Source: Welwitschia mirabilis (Eukaryota). Taken from it: 47,760 nt of DNA. Both the position numbers and the translations under genes were made by a program. The stretch is taken from positions 36,539,350 to 36,587,109 of the forward strand of contig JBOZIK010000001.1 in NCBI GenBank assembly GCA_051453625.1. Reading direction: 5' to 3'. This document shows, in pieces, positions 12,689-26,501 of the stretch. How positions within the stretch are numbered: position 1 is the first letter of the stretch; the number at the start of each line of letters is the position of its first letter. The notes under the pieces are model-generated. The model was given only the letters and a program-made list of their open reading frames with translations. It was not told the DNA's origin and did not search any database.

Positions 12689-12700
12689 TTCTCCCACTTG

Positions 12701-15700
12701 AAGACAAATTTAGAACATCATCAAGTGTATCTTCAGAGATGCATTAATTTCCAAGCTTGCTCAAATCATATGTCTAGGTGTATGCTATGAAAACACCTCT
12801 AATGTTTATCTTCAATGATAGCCTTGGTTAAGAAATCTACAAGATTTGCCTAAGTGTGGATTTTGTGAACATCTAGCTTCTCCTCCAATGCTTCCTTAAT
12901 GAAATAATACTTCACATTATTGTGCTTTATCCACATATGGTAAATATCATTCTTTGCCAAATGAATGGCACTCTGACTATTGCAATAAATCACATACTGT
13001 TGTTTCAATTCAAACTAGTTTAGCAAATGTCTTAGATAAATCATCTCTTTATTTTCCTCTGTTATAACTATGTACTCTACTTCCATAGTAGATAAAGCCA
13101 CGTCTCTTTGCAGATGAGACATCCAATTAACATAACCACCTCCCATCAAGAAAATATAATGAGAAGTAGATTTTCTTGTGTCTTTATCCTAAGCCTAATT
13201 ATCATCTACGTAACCAACAACATCTAATTCGGTATGATCAAAACTTAGGTAGTAATTCTATGTACCTTTTAGATAGCAGAGTATCCATTTTATAGATTCC
13301 CAATGCTTTGGGCTAGGGTTTTTCATGAAACGTGAGATTGCTTCCACTACATATGAAATATCTAATTTTATGTAGACCATAGCATACATCAAGGTTCCAA
13401 TAGCTGAAGCATAAGGAATCTTTTTCATTCTTTCTTGTTCCTTCTCTGTTTTTGAACCTCTAAAGACAATTGAAAATGGCTTGCTAACGATGTTTCAACC
13501 AGTTTACCGTTAGCTATGTTAAAATGCTTTAATATTTTGCCAATGTATTTAGACTAACTAAGCCACAATTTTCCATATCTATTCCTGGAAATATTTATTT
13601 CAATAATCTATTTTGCAGGACTTAAGTCCTTGGTTGCAAAGCGTTTTTTTCATCTTCTTTTTCAACCTCTTATCTCTTGTATGTCATTTCCAGCAATAAG
13701 CATATCATCAACGTACAACAATAAAATAACAATCTTAATAAAAGTCTATCCATAGAGATAAATACAGTGATCTACATTACTCTTATATTTCTGTTCCTGC
13801 ATGAAGTTGTTAAATTTCTTGTATGATTTCCTGGATGCCTGTTTCAAGCCATGCAAACTTTTGTTCAATCTACAGACTAGGTTCTTCTCTTTGGTTTCAA
13901 AACCTTCAAGTAATTTCATATAGATATCTTCTTCAAGATCACCATGTAGAAAAGCAGTTTTATATCCAACTATTCTGATTCAAGATTCCAGACAACAATA
14001 ATAGATACAATGACATGAATAGAGGAATGGTTCACGACTAAAAAAAAAAAATTCAGTAAAGTCAATACCTAGTTTCTACCTAAAACCCTTTACAACCAAT
14101 CTTGCCCTGTAACATTTGCCCCTTCTTTTATCTTGAAAAACCATCTATTGGACAATGCATGTTTCCCAGCTAGTAAGGAAACCACATCTCATGTATCATT
14201 ATGCCTTAAAGCATCCAACTCTTCTTTTATTGCAACATTCCACCTCTATGAATTAGGCGAAGAAATAGCTTCCTAACACGTCTCAGGTTCTTCTTTATCT
14301 ATATATAGAATATAATGCAATGAGAATGAGGCCCTCGTTCATCCTCACCTTCTAAAAAATTAGGTTGCTACAACTCAGGTGGATTGTTTTCATTTTCGTC
14401 ATCTTCATCATTAGGAGGATTACTCATTTTGTTGTTATCATTATGATCTAAAATTTAAGAAGGCTTTTGCAAAGTGCTAGAGTTAGAAATTCCTCATTCT
14501 GATTCTTTTACAATAACTTATAAAATATTTGCTATTCACAAAAAACCACATTAGGTGATCTGATCACCTTCTTGTCCATTAGATCCCATAACCTGTAACC
14601 AAGTTTGTCTCCTCTATAACCTAGAAAAATACACCTGTGTGCAAAACCATTCAGTTTTCTTATGTTCTGTTGATGCACATATGCTTCACAGATAAACACC
14701 TTCAAGTGAGAGAGAGATGACTTTCACGCACTCCAAACAAACTCTGGTATTCCTCCTTAAAGTGCTGAATGTGGTGACATGTTTGAAAGATATGTAGTTG
14801 TGTTGGCTGCTTTAGTCTAAAGATGTTTTAGAACTTTGGATTATTGCAACAATGAATGCAACCTTTCTAAAATAGTCCTATTATATCTTTTCTCCACTTG
14901 ATTATTTGAGGTATATACGGAGGTATATTTGTGTGGACAATTCCATTATCTCTGCAAGACATCTCAAATTCATGAGAAGTGCATTCATCTCTATTATCTA
15001 TCACCAAGCATTTAATTTTACAGCTTGATTCATTTTCAACTTTAGCTTCAAATTACTTTAAAACATCAAAGACTCTTATCTTTTGAGGGAATTAAAATAG
15101 CTAATTTTTTTGACTAAGGTCATTAATAAACATAACAAAATAGGATGCCCCACCAAAAGACGTCACTAGCATAGGCCCAACAACATCGAAACAAATCAAA
15201 TCTAATTTTCCAGTGCTTTTATTTCCAGAAATAGATTTTTTAAAGTTTACACATTTTGTTTTTGCAATAGCACAATTCTTACAAAAATCTAAAGAAACAG
15301 AGTCCAACTTTGGAAGCAAGTTTTTAGAACTAAGAACCTTCATGCTTATTCCACTGAGATGTCTAAGTCTCTTATGCCAAAGAGATACATCCTCGTCCCC
15401 GGTAACCATAACACTGTGCTTCACCACATCAGCATGCAAAGTATACAAGGTTCCTTCTTTCTGGCCTTGTACCAAAACCATGGCATCTTTCATTACCTTA
15501 CAGCCACCTGTGCCAAAGAAACTTGAATAACCTATAGCATCTAATTGACCTACTAAAATTAAATTTTTCACAAGTTGAGACATAGGTCTAGCATCTTGAA
15601 GATACAGTTTTCTGCCATCACTTTCTTGCAGCATCACAAACTTGAATCCTTTGATTTCATTGTGTAGACATACCTTAGATCAACATGTTGTCTAAAACTT

Positions 15701-16660
15701 TGTTATATGAAGAAAACATGAAAGCATCTGGTAGACATGAAAGAAAGCACCGGAATCCAAAATCCAAATATCAGGGTAAGAGCATTGGAAAACATTTACC
15801 TCTTATGCATCTACAATCAACATAACATCAACATTGCCTTCTGCATTCAACCTTTGTTTGTCTTCCTAGTTCTACTAGTTTCCTTCGTCCTTCTATTTAT
15901 GCTTGTTTTTCAGGTTGTAGCAATCCTTTCATAAATAGCCTTTCTTCTTACAGTGCCAACATTCAATGTTTTTGTTGACAGACTTTCTTCTGCTCTTGCT
16001 CTACCATTGTCTGCCTCCTCTGGTCTGAGCCTTTATGAACAATAAGGATTTCTCCAACAGACTCAATAGTCCTAGTTTTCTATGCATCTAAAAGCTTTGA
16101 AATGACAGTTTTTAAACATGACATAGTATTTAATGTCATCATCAGGGTAGTGTAAACAATCTCCCAAGAACCGAGCAAGGAACTGAAAATCGTGATTACT
16201 CTTAGGTTTCTTCAAATGTTACTCTTAGGTCATCCAACTATATGAACAACCTGTTCATCTCATCTAGGTATGCTTATAGCGATGCACCCTTTTTTATCTT
16301 CATTTTGGAATCCTTGTTGATGTTATGAAGCTAGTTCATGCTATTAAGCTGCTCATACCTCTTCATCAGAATGGATGACAGTTCAGCTATTGTAGAAATC
16401 TTGCTATAAAATTGAAGAATCCTGTTGCCAAGGTATGACCGAATCAATGAAAGTGCTCTTTTGTCGAGTTTCTTCCATTCTTCACTAAGGTACTTCTTCA
16501 GTCATTCTGCATTAGAGAGTCTAGATGCTGCCTTCACATATGCTTTCGTCTTTAGGACAATATTACATTCTTTCTGGCAAAGAATGTCTTGCATTAGAAT
16601 CTTCCATATGCTCTAGTTTTCAGCTCCGACTAGTGGGTCATTAGTTTGTAAACGCTCCAT
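12701..16660 (-). pseudogene. Degenerate gag-pol of a Ty1/copia element (Tork/Tnt1-like)
   Basis: Minus strand, in copia order: gag ATG at 16660, zinc knuckle CWHCKKKG (~15960), protease LDSGASFH (~15760), GAG-pre-integrase ORF 15101-15637 (LWHKRLRHL..FCKNC), integrase, RT LLLYVDDMLIAG (YVDD at 13704-13715) and IPYASAIGTLMYAMV, RNase H NLVDFLTK (~12840). Many stops and frameshifts. Confidence 0.92.
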
Positions 16661-16719
16661 CGTCGTTTAACTGTACGACTGTACGGATGGATGTCAATGT
16701 ATTGTATAGACACTCAAAA

Positions 16720-18445
16720 AATTTGGGGCATGCACGCAATGCGTGACTTGAATATCTAGAATAGTGTTGTGTGCGGCTATTCTGAGCCTGCTACTCCTTT
16801 GGCAGGTTGGTCAGACGAACAGAGGGAGGAAGTAAGGCTTAATGCTAAAGCAGTAAACACGCTTAAGGCTTAATGCTAAAGCAATAAACACGCTGATTTG
16901 TGCTCTTAGTCCTGAAGAGTACAACCGAGTAGTCAAGTGTTCTTCTACAAAAGAAATCTAGGATACTCTCAAAATTGCACATGAAGGTACGAGCATTGTC
17001 CAAAATTCGAAATTACAATTTCTAACGACTGAACTTGAAAAGAATGGAGGAACATGAGTCCTTATCGAATACGCAACCAAGATTACCGACATTGTGAACA
17101 CAATGTGGGGACTTGGAAAGAAGGTTTTAGAACGAAGGGTCATAAGAAAAATCTTGAGGAGTCTGCCAAATGCTTCCGACCTAAGATTACTGCAATAGAA
17201 GAAAGCAAAAATCTAGATATCATGAGCCTAGAGGAGCTCAAAGGATCTCTGATTGCATATGGAGCTACCATTATGGAAGATGAAGGTCCTAAGACTAAAA
17301 ACATTGCCTTAAAATGCTCCAGTCATGGTAAGGAAGGATCAAGTAATGAAGAAGACGATGAAGATCTAGTCTTGCTGGCCAAAAACTTTAGAAGGTTCTT
17401 AAGAAAGCAAAAGGTTCTAGGAAGATCGAGATTCAATGCATTAAGATCAGATGGAGAAGAAAAGCTCCTTTAGAAGTTTCAGCAAAAACCAGAAACCATT
17501 ACAATGTTTTGACTGCAAAGGATATGAACACATAGTTGCTAAATGTGCCAACACAAGAAAAGCCACAAATAAAGGAAAGAAGGCCCTCAAAATCACTTGG
17601 GATGATGAAGATGAATCTGAGTCAGAGGCATCTTAGAATGAAGAAGATGATTGCGGGTTGTTAGCCATAGCTGAGGAGTTTGCTTCCATTGCAACATATA
17701 AGAGCAAGTAAGCGATCATAGATAATGATTAGGTAAATGACGAATTTTTTGAGAATATTGAGGAAGCTTATGAGCAATTATACTTTCATTGTGAAGCCTT
17801 AGCTTGCAAAAATAAAGATTTAAAATCTGAATTACTTTCGTTACAAATTAAACTTGATTTAACCAACCAAGAGTTAGATAGGGCCATTGAGAATCTTGCA
17901 GGTGCAAGCAAGAGAATTACAATATTATCAAAGGATTTAGAGGCTGCAAGAGGTCATAATTCATTTACCACTTCTTATTCTAACAAAATGAATTTTGGAC
18001 AAAGAAGGTATGCACTAAATTTTTACAATTCAAGGCTCTTGAATATTCATTTTTTTATTGTGGAGGATTAGGGCATATTAGATTCACTTGTTCCATTAGA
18101 AAAGGGAATTTCTTCCAATATAAGAGTGACAGGTTTTTATAGAGAGCAAAACAATGAAAAATCAGCCTCTTATCAAACAAAAATGGATCAAGGAGGAGTC
18201 TCTCAAAGGGCTATTTGCTCAAACTGCCTGAAAGGAAAGGATCATCCTAGATGGTTCTTGGACAGTGGTTGTTCGAGACACGTGACAGATGACAAAAGGC
18301 GCTTTCACACACGTGTTGATTATGATGGAAGTCAGGTGTCTTTTGGTGACAATTGTAAGGCAACACTCAAGGGCAAAGGAATGGTATGTGAATATAACTT
18401 GCCCAAAATTGATGATGTTTTGTATGTTGATGGTCTTAAGCATAA
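16720..18445 (+). pseudogene. SIRE/Maximus-like copia gag-protease remnant
   Basis: ICALSPEEYNRV, IAHEGT, PKITAIEESKNLD..LEELKGSL, CFDCKGYEHIVAKC, a coiled-coil stretch, a second knuckle (YCGGLGHIRFTC) and WFLDSGCSRHVT..VSFGDN..VLYVDGLKH. Runs into an N gap. Confidence 0.88.
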
Positions 18446-18579
18446 NNNNNNNNNNNNNNNNNNNNNNNNNNNNNNNNNNNNNNNNNNNNNNNNNNNNNNN
18501 NNNNNNNNNNNNNNNNNNNNNNNNNNNNNNNNNNNNNNNNNNNNNTAGTTTATCTATTATAGAAATATTTTTATAATAT

Positions 18580-19230
18580 TAATGAATCCCAGTGCTAAGG
18601 GATAGCCAAATCAAAGAGAGTGCCTTTCTATCAAGTTTTTTTAATTCTCATCGATGTAGTGCAAATTGCCTTCTAGGAATTAGACAAAGAACTAAGGATA
18701 ATAGTTATCCTAAGGTTTCCCTTAAAGTCTATCCTTAGTTTGTTCAATTATGTGAACAATCAGTTCCTCTCATTTATTGTTCTTGCAATGATGCACATTC
18801 TTTCATCTTCATTTTGAAAATGTTGTTGATGGTATAGAATTGATTCATGCTAGTGGACTAATCATATCACTACATTAGAAGCTACCACAGTTTGACTATT
18901 GTAAAAATCTTTTTATGGGATTAAAGAATCCTATTGCTAAGGGACAACCAAATCAAAGAGAGTATCTTTCTATTAAGTTTCTTTCATTCCTCATCAAGGT
19001 ACTTCTTTACCCATTCTGTGTTAAAGAGTTTAGATGTTGCATTTGCATCTACTTCCATCTGTAGGATAATATTACATTCCTTTGGGCAAAGAATGTCTTT
19101 CATTAGAATCTTTCATATGCCCTAGTTCTTAGCTCTGACTAGTTAATCGCTAGTCTACACACACTCCATCATCATTTATCTGTATAGTTATATGGATGTC
19201 TGTCAAACCTGTTGTACGAACACCAACTAC
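18580..19230 (-). mobile_element. Second, diverged copy of the Tork-like gag 5' end
   Basis: 18690-19215 is colinear with 16190-16700 (compare ORFs 16425-16616 and 18934-19125). A further short copy lies at 18580-18650. Confidence 0.8.
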
Positions 19231-21349
19231 TAATAGGGTTTACAGACACAAAGCTCTTAGAACACTAGTTAGATAAGCCTTGTTTAGTTTCATGAGTGTT
19301 TAGTAAGAATGTGGTTTCTTCACAACATTTTTTTTTAAGACCTCCACTACAACCTTTGCAGAACCTACAACTAATAGATAGAGCAAAAACAACAAGAGTT
19401 ATTTTGCACCATTGAAGGATCATGCAAGAAAGAATGCTTAAATTTCTTTGTCCTTAATATATATCACATATCCTTTTATTGAAGATTTTCTTTTACTACT
19501 TTCAAACATTTATCTTTGGTTATGATAGCATATTGCCTTGTCATAGGCAATTACTCTTTTGTTGCATCATCTTTATTGCCTTGTCATAGGCTTCTTAAGA
19601 CTTACTATGTATTTTAAATACTTTCAACGATTAGTATCAAATTGCTATTTGAGGTCAACACCCCTACCTCCCAAGGATTAACATATCATTCGAAATTCAC
19701 TATAACACTAACTTTTCTTTTTCATCTCTTCATGAGGCTTAACAATTTTTCATTTATAATTAAGCAATGCTAATCTTTACTACAAGCAAGTCCTACTACT
19801 ATTTGTACAATGCCTCTTTGATACATAGAATGAATTTCAAATTCCCTCTAGTTAAGTACAATAAAATTAGCAAAAGTTCATTTTTCAAAATCTCTCTATA
19901 CTAATCATCCATGAGCAATATCCTTTATAACCAAGATTTTGTTACTTAAGTATCCACCTTCTATGCCATTTAGCTTTTTATCACATGAACTGACCAACAC
20001 ATGGAACATTGTTAACATTGGAGGCAAATATTGCAATGCCTTTATATGTTTCTCTTCTAAACCTTGGTGAATCACTCACAATTAGTGACTTGCTAGTGTG
20101 AGTTGCTTGCTTTAACTAACAAATCAAAGTAATCTTTTTTAAAACACAATTTCCAATTTTGTAACTTGTAGAGCAAGTAACTAACTTGCAAATCAACAGC
20201 ATCAAAAAAAAAAAAAAATTACTCTTTAATGCACAGTAAAAGTGAAAACATGTTTTCCTTAAAATTTGATTTCTCCTACCATATCATTGGCTTAAGTCAC
20301 TTGGAATTCGTTTTCAAGAATTGGTTAGTAGGATCATAGCACTAGNNNNNNNNNNNNNNNNNNNNNNNNNNNNNNNNNNNNNNNNNNNNNNNNNNNNNNN
20401 NNNNNNNNNNNNNNNNNNNNNNNNNNNNNNNNNNNNNNNNNNNNNNNNNNNNNNNNNNNNNNNNNNNNNNNNNNNNNNNNNNNNNNNNNNNNNNNNNNNN
20501 NNNNNNNNNNNNNNNNNNNNNNNNNNNNNNNNNNNNNNNNNNNNNNNNNNNNNNNNNNNNNNNNNNNNNNNNNNNNNNNNNNNNNNNNNNNNNNNNNNNN
20601 NNNNNNNNNNNNNNNNNNNNNNNNNNNNNNNNNNNNNNNNNNNNNNNNNNNNNNNNNNNNNNNNNNNNNNNNNNNNNNNNNNNNNNNNNNNNNNNNNNNN
20701 NNNNNNNNNNNNNNNNNNNNNNNNNNNNNNNNNNNNNNNNNNNGCAATAGCAATGTTCCCCCCCCCCCCCACCCCCCCACCACTTTTGTTTTTTTGCTTT
20801 TTCCCCTTTTCCTTTTACCTTAAGTTTGAAAACAATAATTGTAACTACTATAAAATGCGTTTTCAAAATATCTAAAAATGATTTTATAGCTTTCCATTTA
20901 GACTTCAAACATGTTTTTGTAGTTCAAGCTCTTTTGAAATTTTTTAAATTTTTAATTCAATGAGAATCTTAGAGGTTTTTTCCTCTTTTTCTTTTTTTTT
21001 TTTTATTTGAAGCTCTCAATGACTTCTAAAGATATGTTAAAACAACTATGATATGTTCTAAGCTCAAAATATTATGGCAAGGAAAATAATAAAAGTTTAT
21101 GATAAATTTTTAAAATTGGTTAGAAGAGATTGTAAACTGAAATCTATTCACCACTCTTCAATGGCACTAGGAAGAAAGTCAACATTGTCTACTCCAAGCA
21201 ATAAAATAAATTGAATAGGTGGACAAGCGAGGTTGAACTTAATGATTTGGATGAGGAAATAGAAGGAGAACACTTTAAAGATCCCACTAAGGAAGATGCT
21301 ACCAAAACCATGCCTTAGTAGTTCACTATATGGGATAGCCATTTTCAAC

Positions 21350-24300
21350 AAAAGAGGGATCCAACATGGAAACATGCAAAATACAGTCAAATGACTTTGC
21401 AATGAGATAGTCAAGTTGTTGTTTGCTCTTTTTATAATTAAAAAACATGGTGGAATAAACAAGTTCAACTATCATCTAACACACATTCTGGGTAAAGGTA
21501 TCACATGCTAACCTAACAAACTCAGTAAGTTAGTAATGCCACAAGCTTGTAGCTAGAGATGGTGAAGGCTGAAAAAAGGATTAATTAACAAACAACCACA
21601 CTCATCTAATGCACTAAATATAGGGCAAGAACAACCAACTGTCTACACCTACCATGAGATCTTCTACTATTGAGCTATGGTAGAGGCATAGAAGGCTCTC
21701 TTTAACTTCATTGAGTTTCATCAAGTGTTAGAGAACAAATCCAACATGCCAAATACAGTCAAATGTCTTTGCAGCGAGATGGTCCAGTTGTTGTTTTCTC
21801 TTTTTATAATAGAAAAAAATAATGGAATAAACAAGTTCAACTATCATCTAACACATATTCTAGGAAAGATATCACATGCTATCCTAACATACTCAATAAT
21901 TTTGTAATGCCACAAGCTTGTAGCTAGAGATGGTGAACGCTGACAAAAAGGATGCATTAAAAAACAAGCACACTCATCTAATGCACTAAATATAGGGTAA
22001 GAACAATCAACTACCTACACTTAGCATGAGATCTTTTGCTATTGGGCTATGGCAAAGGCATGGAAAGCCCTCTTTAACTTCATTGAGTTTCATCAAGTGT
22101 TAGAGAACAAATCCAACATGTGAAATATAGTCAAATGACCTTGCAACGAGATGGTCAAGTTGTGGTTTATTCTTTTTATAATTAAAAAACATGTTGGAAT
22201 AAACAAGTTCAACTATCATCTAACACATGCTGGGTGAAGGTATCACATGCTATCCTAACATACTCAATAAGTTTGTAATGGCACAAGCTTGTAGCTAGAG
22301 ATGGTGAAGGCTAAAAAAAAGGATGCATTAAAAACCAAGCACACTCATGTAATGAACTAAATATAGGGAAAGAACAACCAACTGTCTACACCTACCAATG
22401 GATCTTCTGCTATTAGGCTATCGTAGAGGCATGACTTCATTGAGTTTGATCAAGTGTTGGAGAACAAATCCAACATGTGAAAACAATCAAATGACTTTGC
22501 AACAAGATGGTCAAGTTGTGGTTTGTTCTTTTCATAATTAAGAAACAGGGTGGAATAAACAAGTTCAACTATCATCTGACATAGATGCTAGGTAGAAGAT
22601 ATCACATGCTATCCTAACAGACTTCGTAATGCCCCAAGCTTGCAGCTAGAGATGGTGAAGACTGAAAAAAAGGATGCATTAAAGAACAAGCCCACTCATC
22701 CAAGGCACTAAACATAGGGTAAGAATAACCAACTATCTACACATATCATGATATCTTCTGCTATTAGGCCTTGGTAGAGGCCTGGAAAGCCCTATTTAAC
22801 TACATTAAGTTTTATAGAAGAAATCCATTCCTACTTTGGGAGAGGTAACTTCATATTTCTATACCTCTTGAATTTTGATGAATAATAAAAATTTTGAGAT
22901 TTTTAATTTTATGTTTTCACTTTTTTAAGTAGCTCTTCCCAATAGCCAACTTTGAAGGGTATTGGGTGTTGGATTAAAGGAGACCATGATGTTGGTGACT
23001 TCATTATAGCATAGCTTTTTTATTTTTATGACTTCCCCATGTTGAAGAAGAAGAATTATGAGGTACAAATACCCTCCAATTTTCCTTTTTAGTGTTTTTT
23101 GTTATACATTTGATACTTTTTTATTTTGAAATGTTATATTTTTACTTTTTTTTTTTTGGTTACAAACTTTGAATGTTGTAGGAAATTGCTACCATAGATA
23201 AAACCTATCAAAAAGAATGAGATACACTAGGTTGCATAATAATGCATGACAATTGGACTAATGCTACAGAAAGAGTTCTTATCGACATTCTAGTTGCTGG
23301 TGGCATGAATATCATATTTTTGAAGTCCATTGATTCCATGATTTATGTAAACAATAGCTCATACCCTTTATATATTTCTGGTTTATGCTGCAGAGGAAAC
23401 TGGACCTGATGAAGCTGTCCAGGTTGTCATAGATAATGCAACAGCATGTCTGAAATGTAGAAGAGAAATTAAAGATAAGTGGCATCACATATGCTACACA
23501 CCATGTGCAGCTCATTGCATGGCTCTATTATTGGGAGATGTTACCAAAGTGTCGTGCAAGTTTTTGTGTTGCCAAAGTGTCGTGCAAGTTTTTGTCACTT
23601 AATAGCAAACTTTTAGGTACTTCAAATAGAGTTTTGTTCCTAGAATATGTTCATTTGTATTTTTATGTGGGTGAAAAATGCAATGCAAGTGTGCTAAGAT
23701 AACAAAGTTTATTTGTACCTATTCCATAGTTATGCATTTTGCCTGAAGTATAGCCAACAGCAAGAGATTACACGGACAAGAAGATTTGCCAGCAATTTTA
23801 TCGCTCTTGCATTCTTAAAATGAAAACTGCAATCAAACAAATGTTCATTCTTGAGTAAGAGAATCCAAAAAGTTACAGCATTCCTTGATTGTGTCTATGT
23901 TTTTTGGAGTGTCACTACTTATGCCATGTCACGTATCATTCATTTGAAATATTTAATGCAAGGCAACTTAAATGACTTTGAGAGCTTGCATAATCCCCAT
24001 GATAGCAACAAAGTGTCTCACATTGTGTTTGATTACTTCAAATCCTTTTCTTCCATTGTTCTTGAGAAGGCTGTGCAAGTGTATAACTAGAATTTAGATT
24101 ACCATTTTTTCACATTGTCTTTGATCCTCCTCTAGATTTTTGGCATTTTAAGGTATAGGTTTATACTGAACTTCTTAAAGTTTTGTCTCTTATTGATAGT
24201 TATCACCTTCCCATGGTTTACCCTAAAAAAAACCATGGACATGGCACAAGAACGTATAAGATTATACTACAACGAAGATACATGAAAGCACATAAAAATT

Positions 24301-24970
24301 TGGTNNNNNNNNNNNNNNNNNNNNNNNNNNNNNNNNNNNNNNNNNNNNNNNNNNNNNNNNNNNNNNNNNNNNNNNNNNNNNNNNNNNNNNNNNNNNNNNN
24401 NNNNGTACACTATAATTGAAAATGGAATAAGATGCACAAGCGAATTCATGCAACTAGATGCTTATCAAACCCAACTTTGTTTTATGATCCCACCTTTTAT
24501 AAACCTGATAGGGAGGTTAAGGATGGATTTTTGGATATTGTTGCAAACCAAGTAAGGGACATTAAGGCACAAACATCGTGCTTTGAAAAGTAATAATGTT
24601 ATTTAAATGGTACTAGCTATAGAAATTATAATCAAGCAATGACAGCAAAAAGGGTTATAAGGCTAGATAACATTTACATAATTTATCGTATGGCAACTTT
24701 ACCTTAGTTACAAAGTGCAATGGCTTTATCGCTCAACTAATTTGCTTACATATTCTTTTTTGTTTCCAATTCTTTTTAGATCATTGGTGGGAGCCTTCTG
24801 GGGGGCAAATGCCTCATTTGAAATAGCTCACATGCCAGCCCTCTGATGCTTTTGCCTATGACCATAACTCAAGCATGTTTGGGTGTACAAAAGGCAGCAA
24901 TCTCAACACCAAAGGGCCTAACGATAGGGCGTTTATCAAATATAACACTCTTCTTGAGAAGCAGCTGCTA
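21350..24970 (+). pseudogene. hAT-family transposase pseudogene (BED finger, DUF659 catalytic region, hATC dimerisation domain)
   Basis: DPTWKH..VCSF..GGINKFNYHLTHI (BED); GCIIMHDNWT..LIDILV..IFLKSIDS, VQVVIDNA and TPCAAHCM (23236-23530); RFASNFIAL; IHATRCLSNP; after a short intron-like segment, HWWEPSGGQMPHLK..FIKYN. Confidence 0.88.
21359..22828 (+). repeat. Tandem array of four ~355-380 bp units containing the BED zinc-finger segment
   Basis: Units start at atccaacatg at 21359, 21739, 22111 and 22468. Each contains ggaataaacaagttcaactatcatct. Confidence 0.92.
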
Positions 24971-26501
24971 AAGGGAAATTTGTTGCAATCATTGACCTCG
25001 ACGGAAAAAAAATAAAAAAAAAAAAATCCTTTTGGAAGAGAATGTGGCAGCATTTGACCATAAAGCCACAAAGGATGGAGTGGACATGTAATATGAGCAT
25101 AAGCACAAGAAAAGTCAGGAAGTTTAGAGGGGTAATGATCACAATCATAATAGGTCTAAGACATGCAGCACATGAGGTTTATCATGTTACCCATGTATCA
25201 GTCTAGAGTTTGAGAGATACTAAAGATGATTCATTTTTGTACATTGCAGCCTTCAGAGCTTAAGCCAATCATAGACATTCTCCCTTACGTTTACCATAGA
25301 TTTCCTAAGGAGAAAGAAATTTAGTTCTTTAACTTCTTCATAATGATCTACCTCTTAGATTCCTTTCTTTTTTGTAGTTGTGACTTGCAAAGAAAAAATG
25401 CTGGCACTTGGAAATTCTGTCTTTTAAAATATGTATATTTCTCTTTGACTAATTTCATTAACGGAATTGAGTTTCTTGCATTTGTTTAAAAAAAAAGAAA
25501 GAAAAGTGTATATGTTTTGTATGTGTTTTCATGTCATTATGTTAATTCCAATAACTTGTTTCATTTAACTTACCAAAAACCATTATGTAACACTATTAAA
25601 AGTTGAAATAACAACACTATGATGACTCAGTTATTCCATCCAGAGTGGGAGGTAACCTATTGGTTTAAACGCATACAATGCTTCGATGGGCATTTTGATG
25701 TCACACACAATAAAATTGCCTGATTCTCTTACAGAATTTGCAAAGCATTTTTTAAATTCACTAATAAAGATATAAGAAGTTCATCAAATATCAAGCCTAG
25801 TTTTCTTGAATTATTGAAAATATGAAGTTCTAATTATAAGTTACAAATGCTTAGGACTACAAAAAAAATATAAAATGGCATAAATGTGAACAAGACACTA
25901 CAAAAACCATTAAACCTTCCACAGATAAACTGGAGGAAATAAATATGAGAGAGAAAAAGATTATCTCTTTGCTACGCTTCTGTGCTAATGGATTCTTTGT
26001 AATTCAAAGGGTTCATTGGATATTGCCAACACTTCTGTTGAAGTCATTATGAAAATGAATGTTTTTATTTCAAGAAAAAGAGTTAAAAATACCATGAAAA
26101 TTAGAACCTTTCTCATCTTGTGGATTCTCTTGATGATTATCTGTACAAATTTCACCTACTAATACATAAATAAAATTGAATGGCGTGCCATACTGAAAAC
26201 ACATTTTCTTGATAAAATCCACCTCCTGCATCCTGACCATAAATGAAACTACAGAACATATTACTTAGGAAAGAAAGCAAATTTCTTAACTGCACTAGTT
26301 TCTATAGTTACAACTTTTGAATGACAAAATTAAGATATTAATCAGAATACCTTCTACAGTCTTTAAATGTAATTTGTGCCTAAATCCGTTGTCTGCAAAG
26401 AAGACTAGAAGACACTCTTAAATTCAGCCCTCAATAAGAAACGACAATACTCCCTCTAAAAACTAGAGGGACTGCATCCTGAAAGTCAAGAGTCTTCCAG
26501 C

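Noticed and set aside
15213..15530. Plus-strand 105 aa ORF and similar short antisense ORFs over TE remnants
   Set aside because: Shadow ORFs of copia coding sequence.
20314..20908. Long ORFs spanning N runs (also 34398-35254, 24183-24453, 1324-1515)
   Set aside because: Open only because Ns contain no stop codons.
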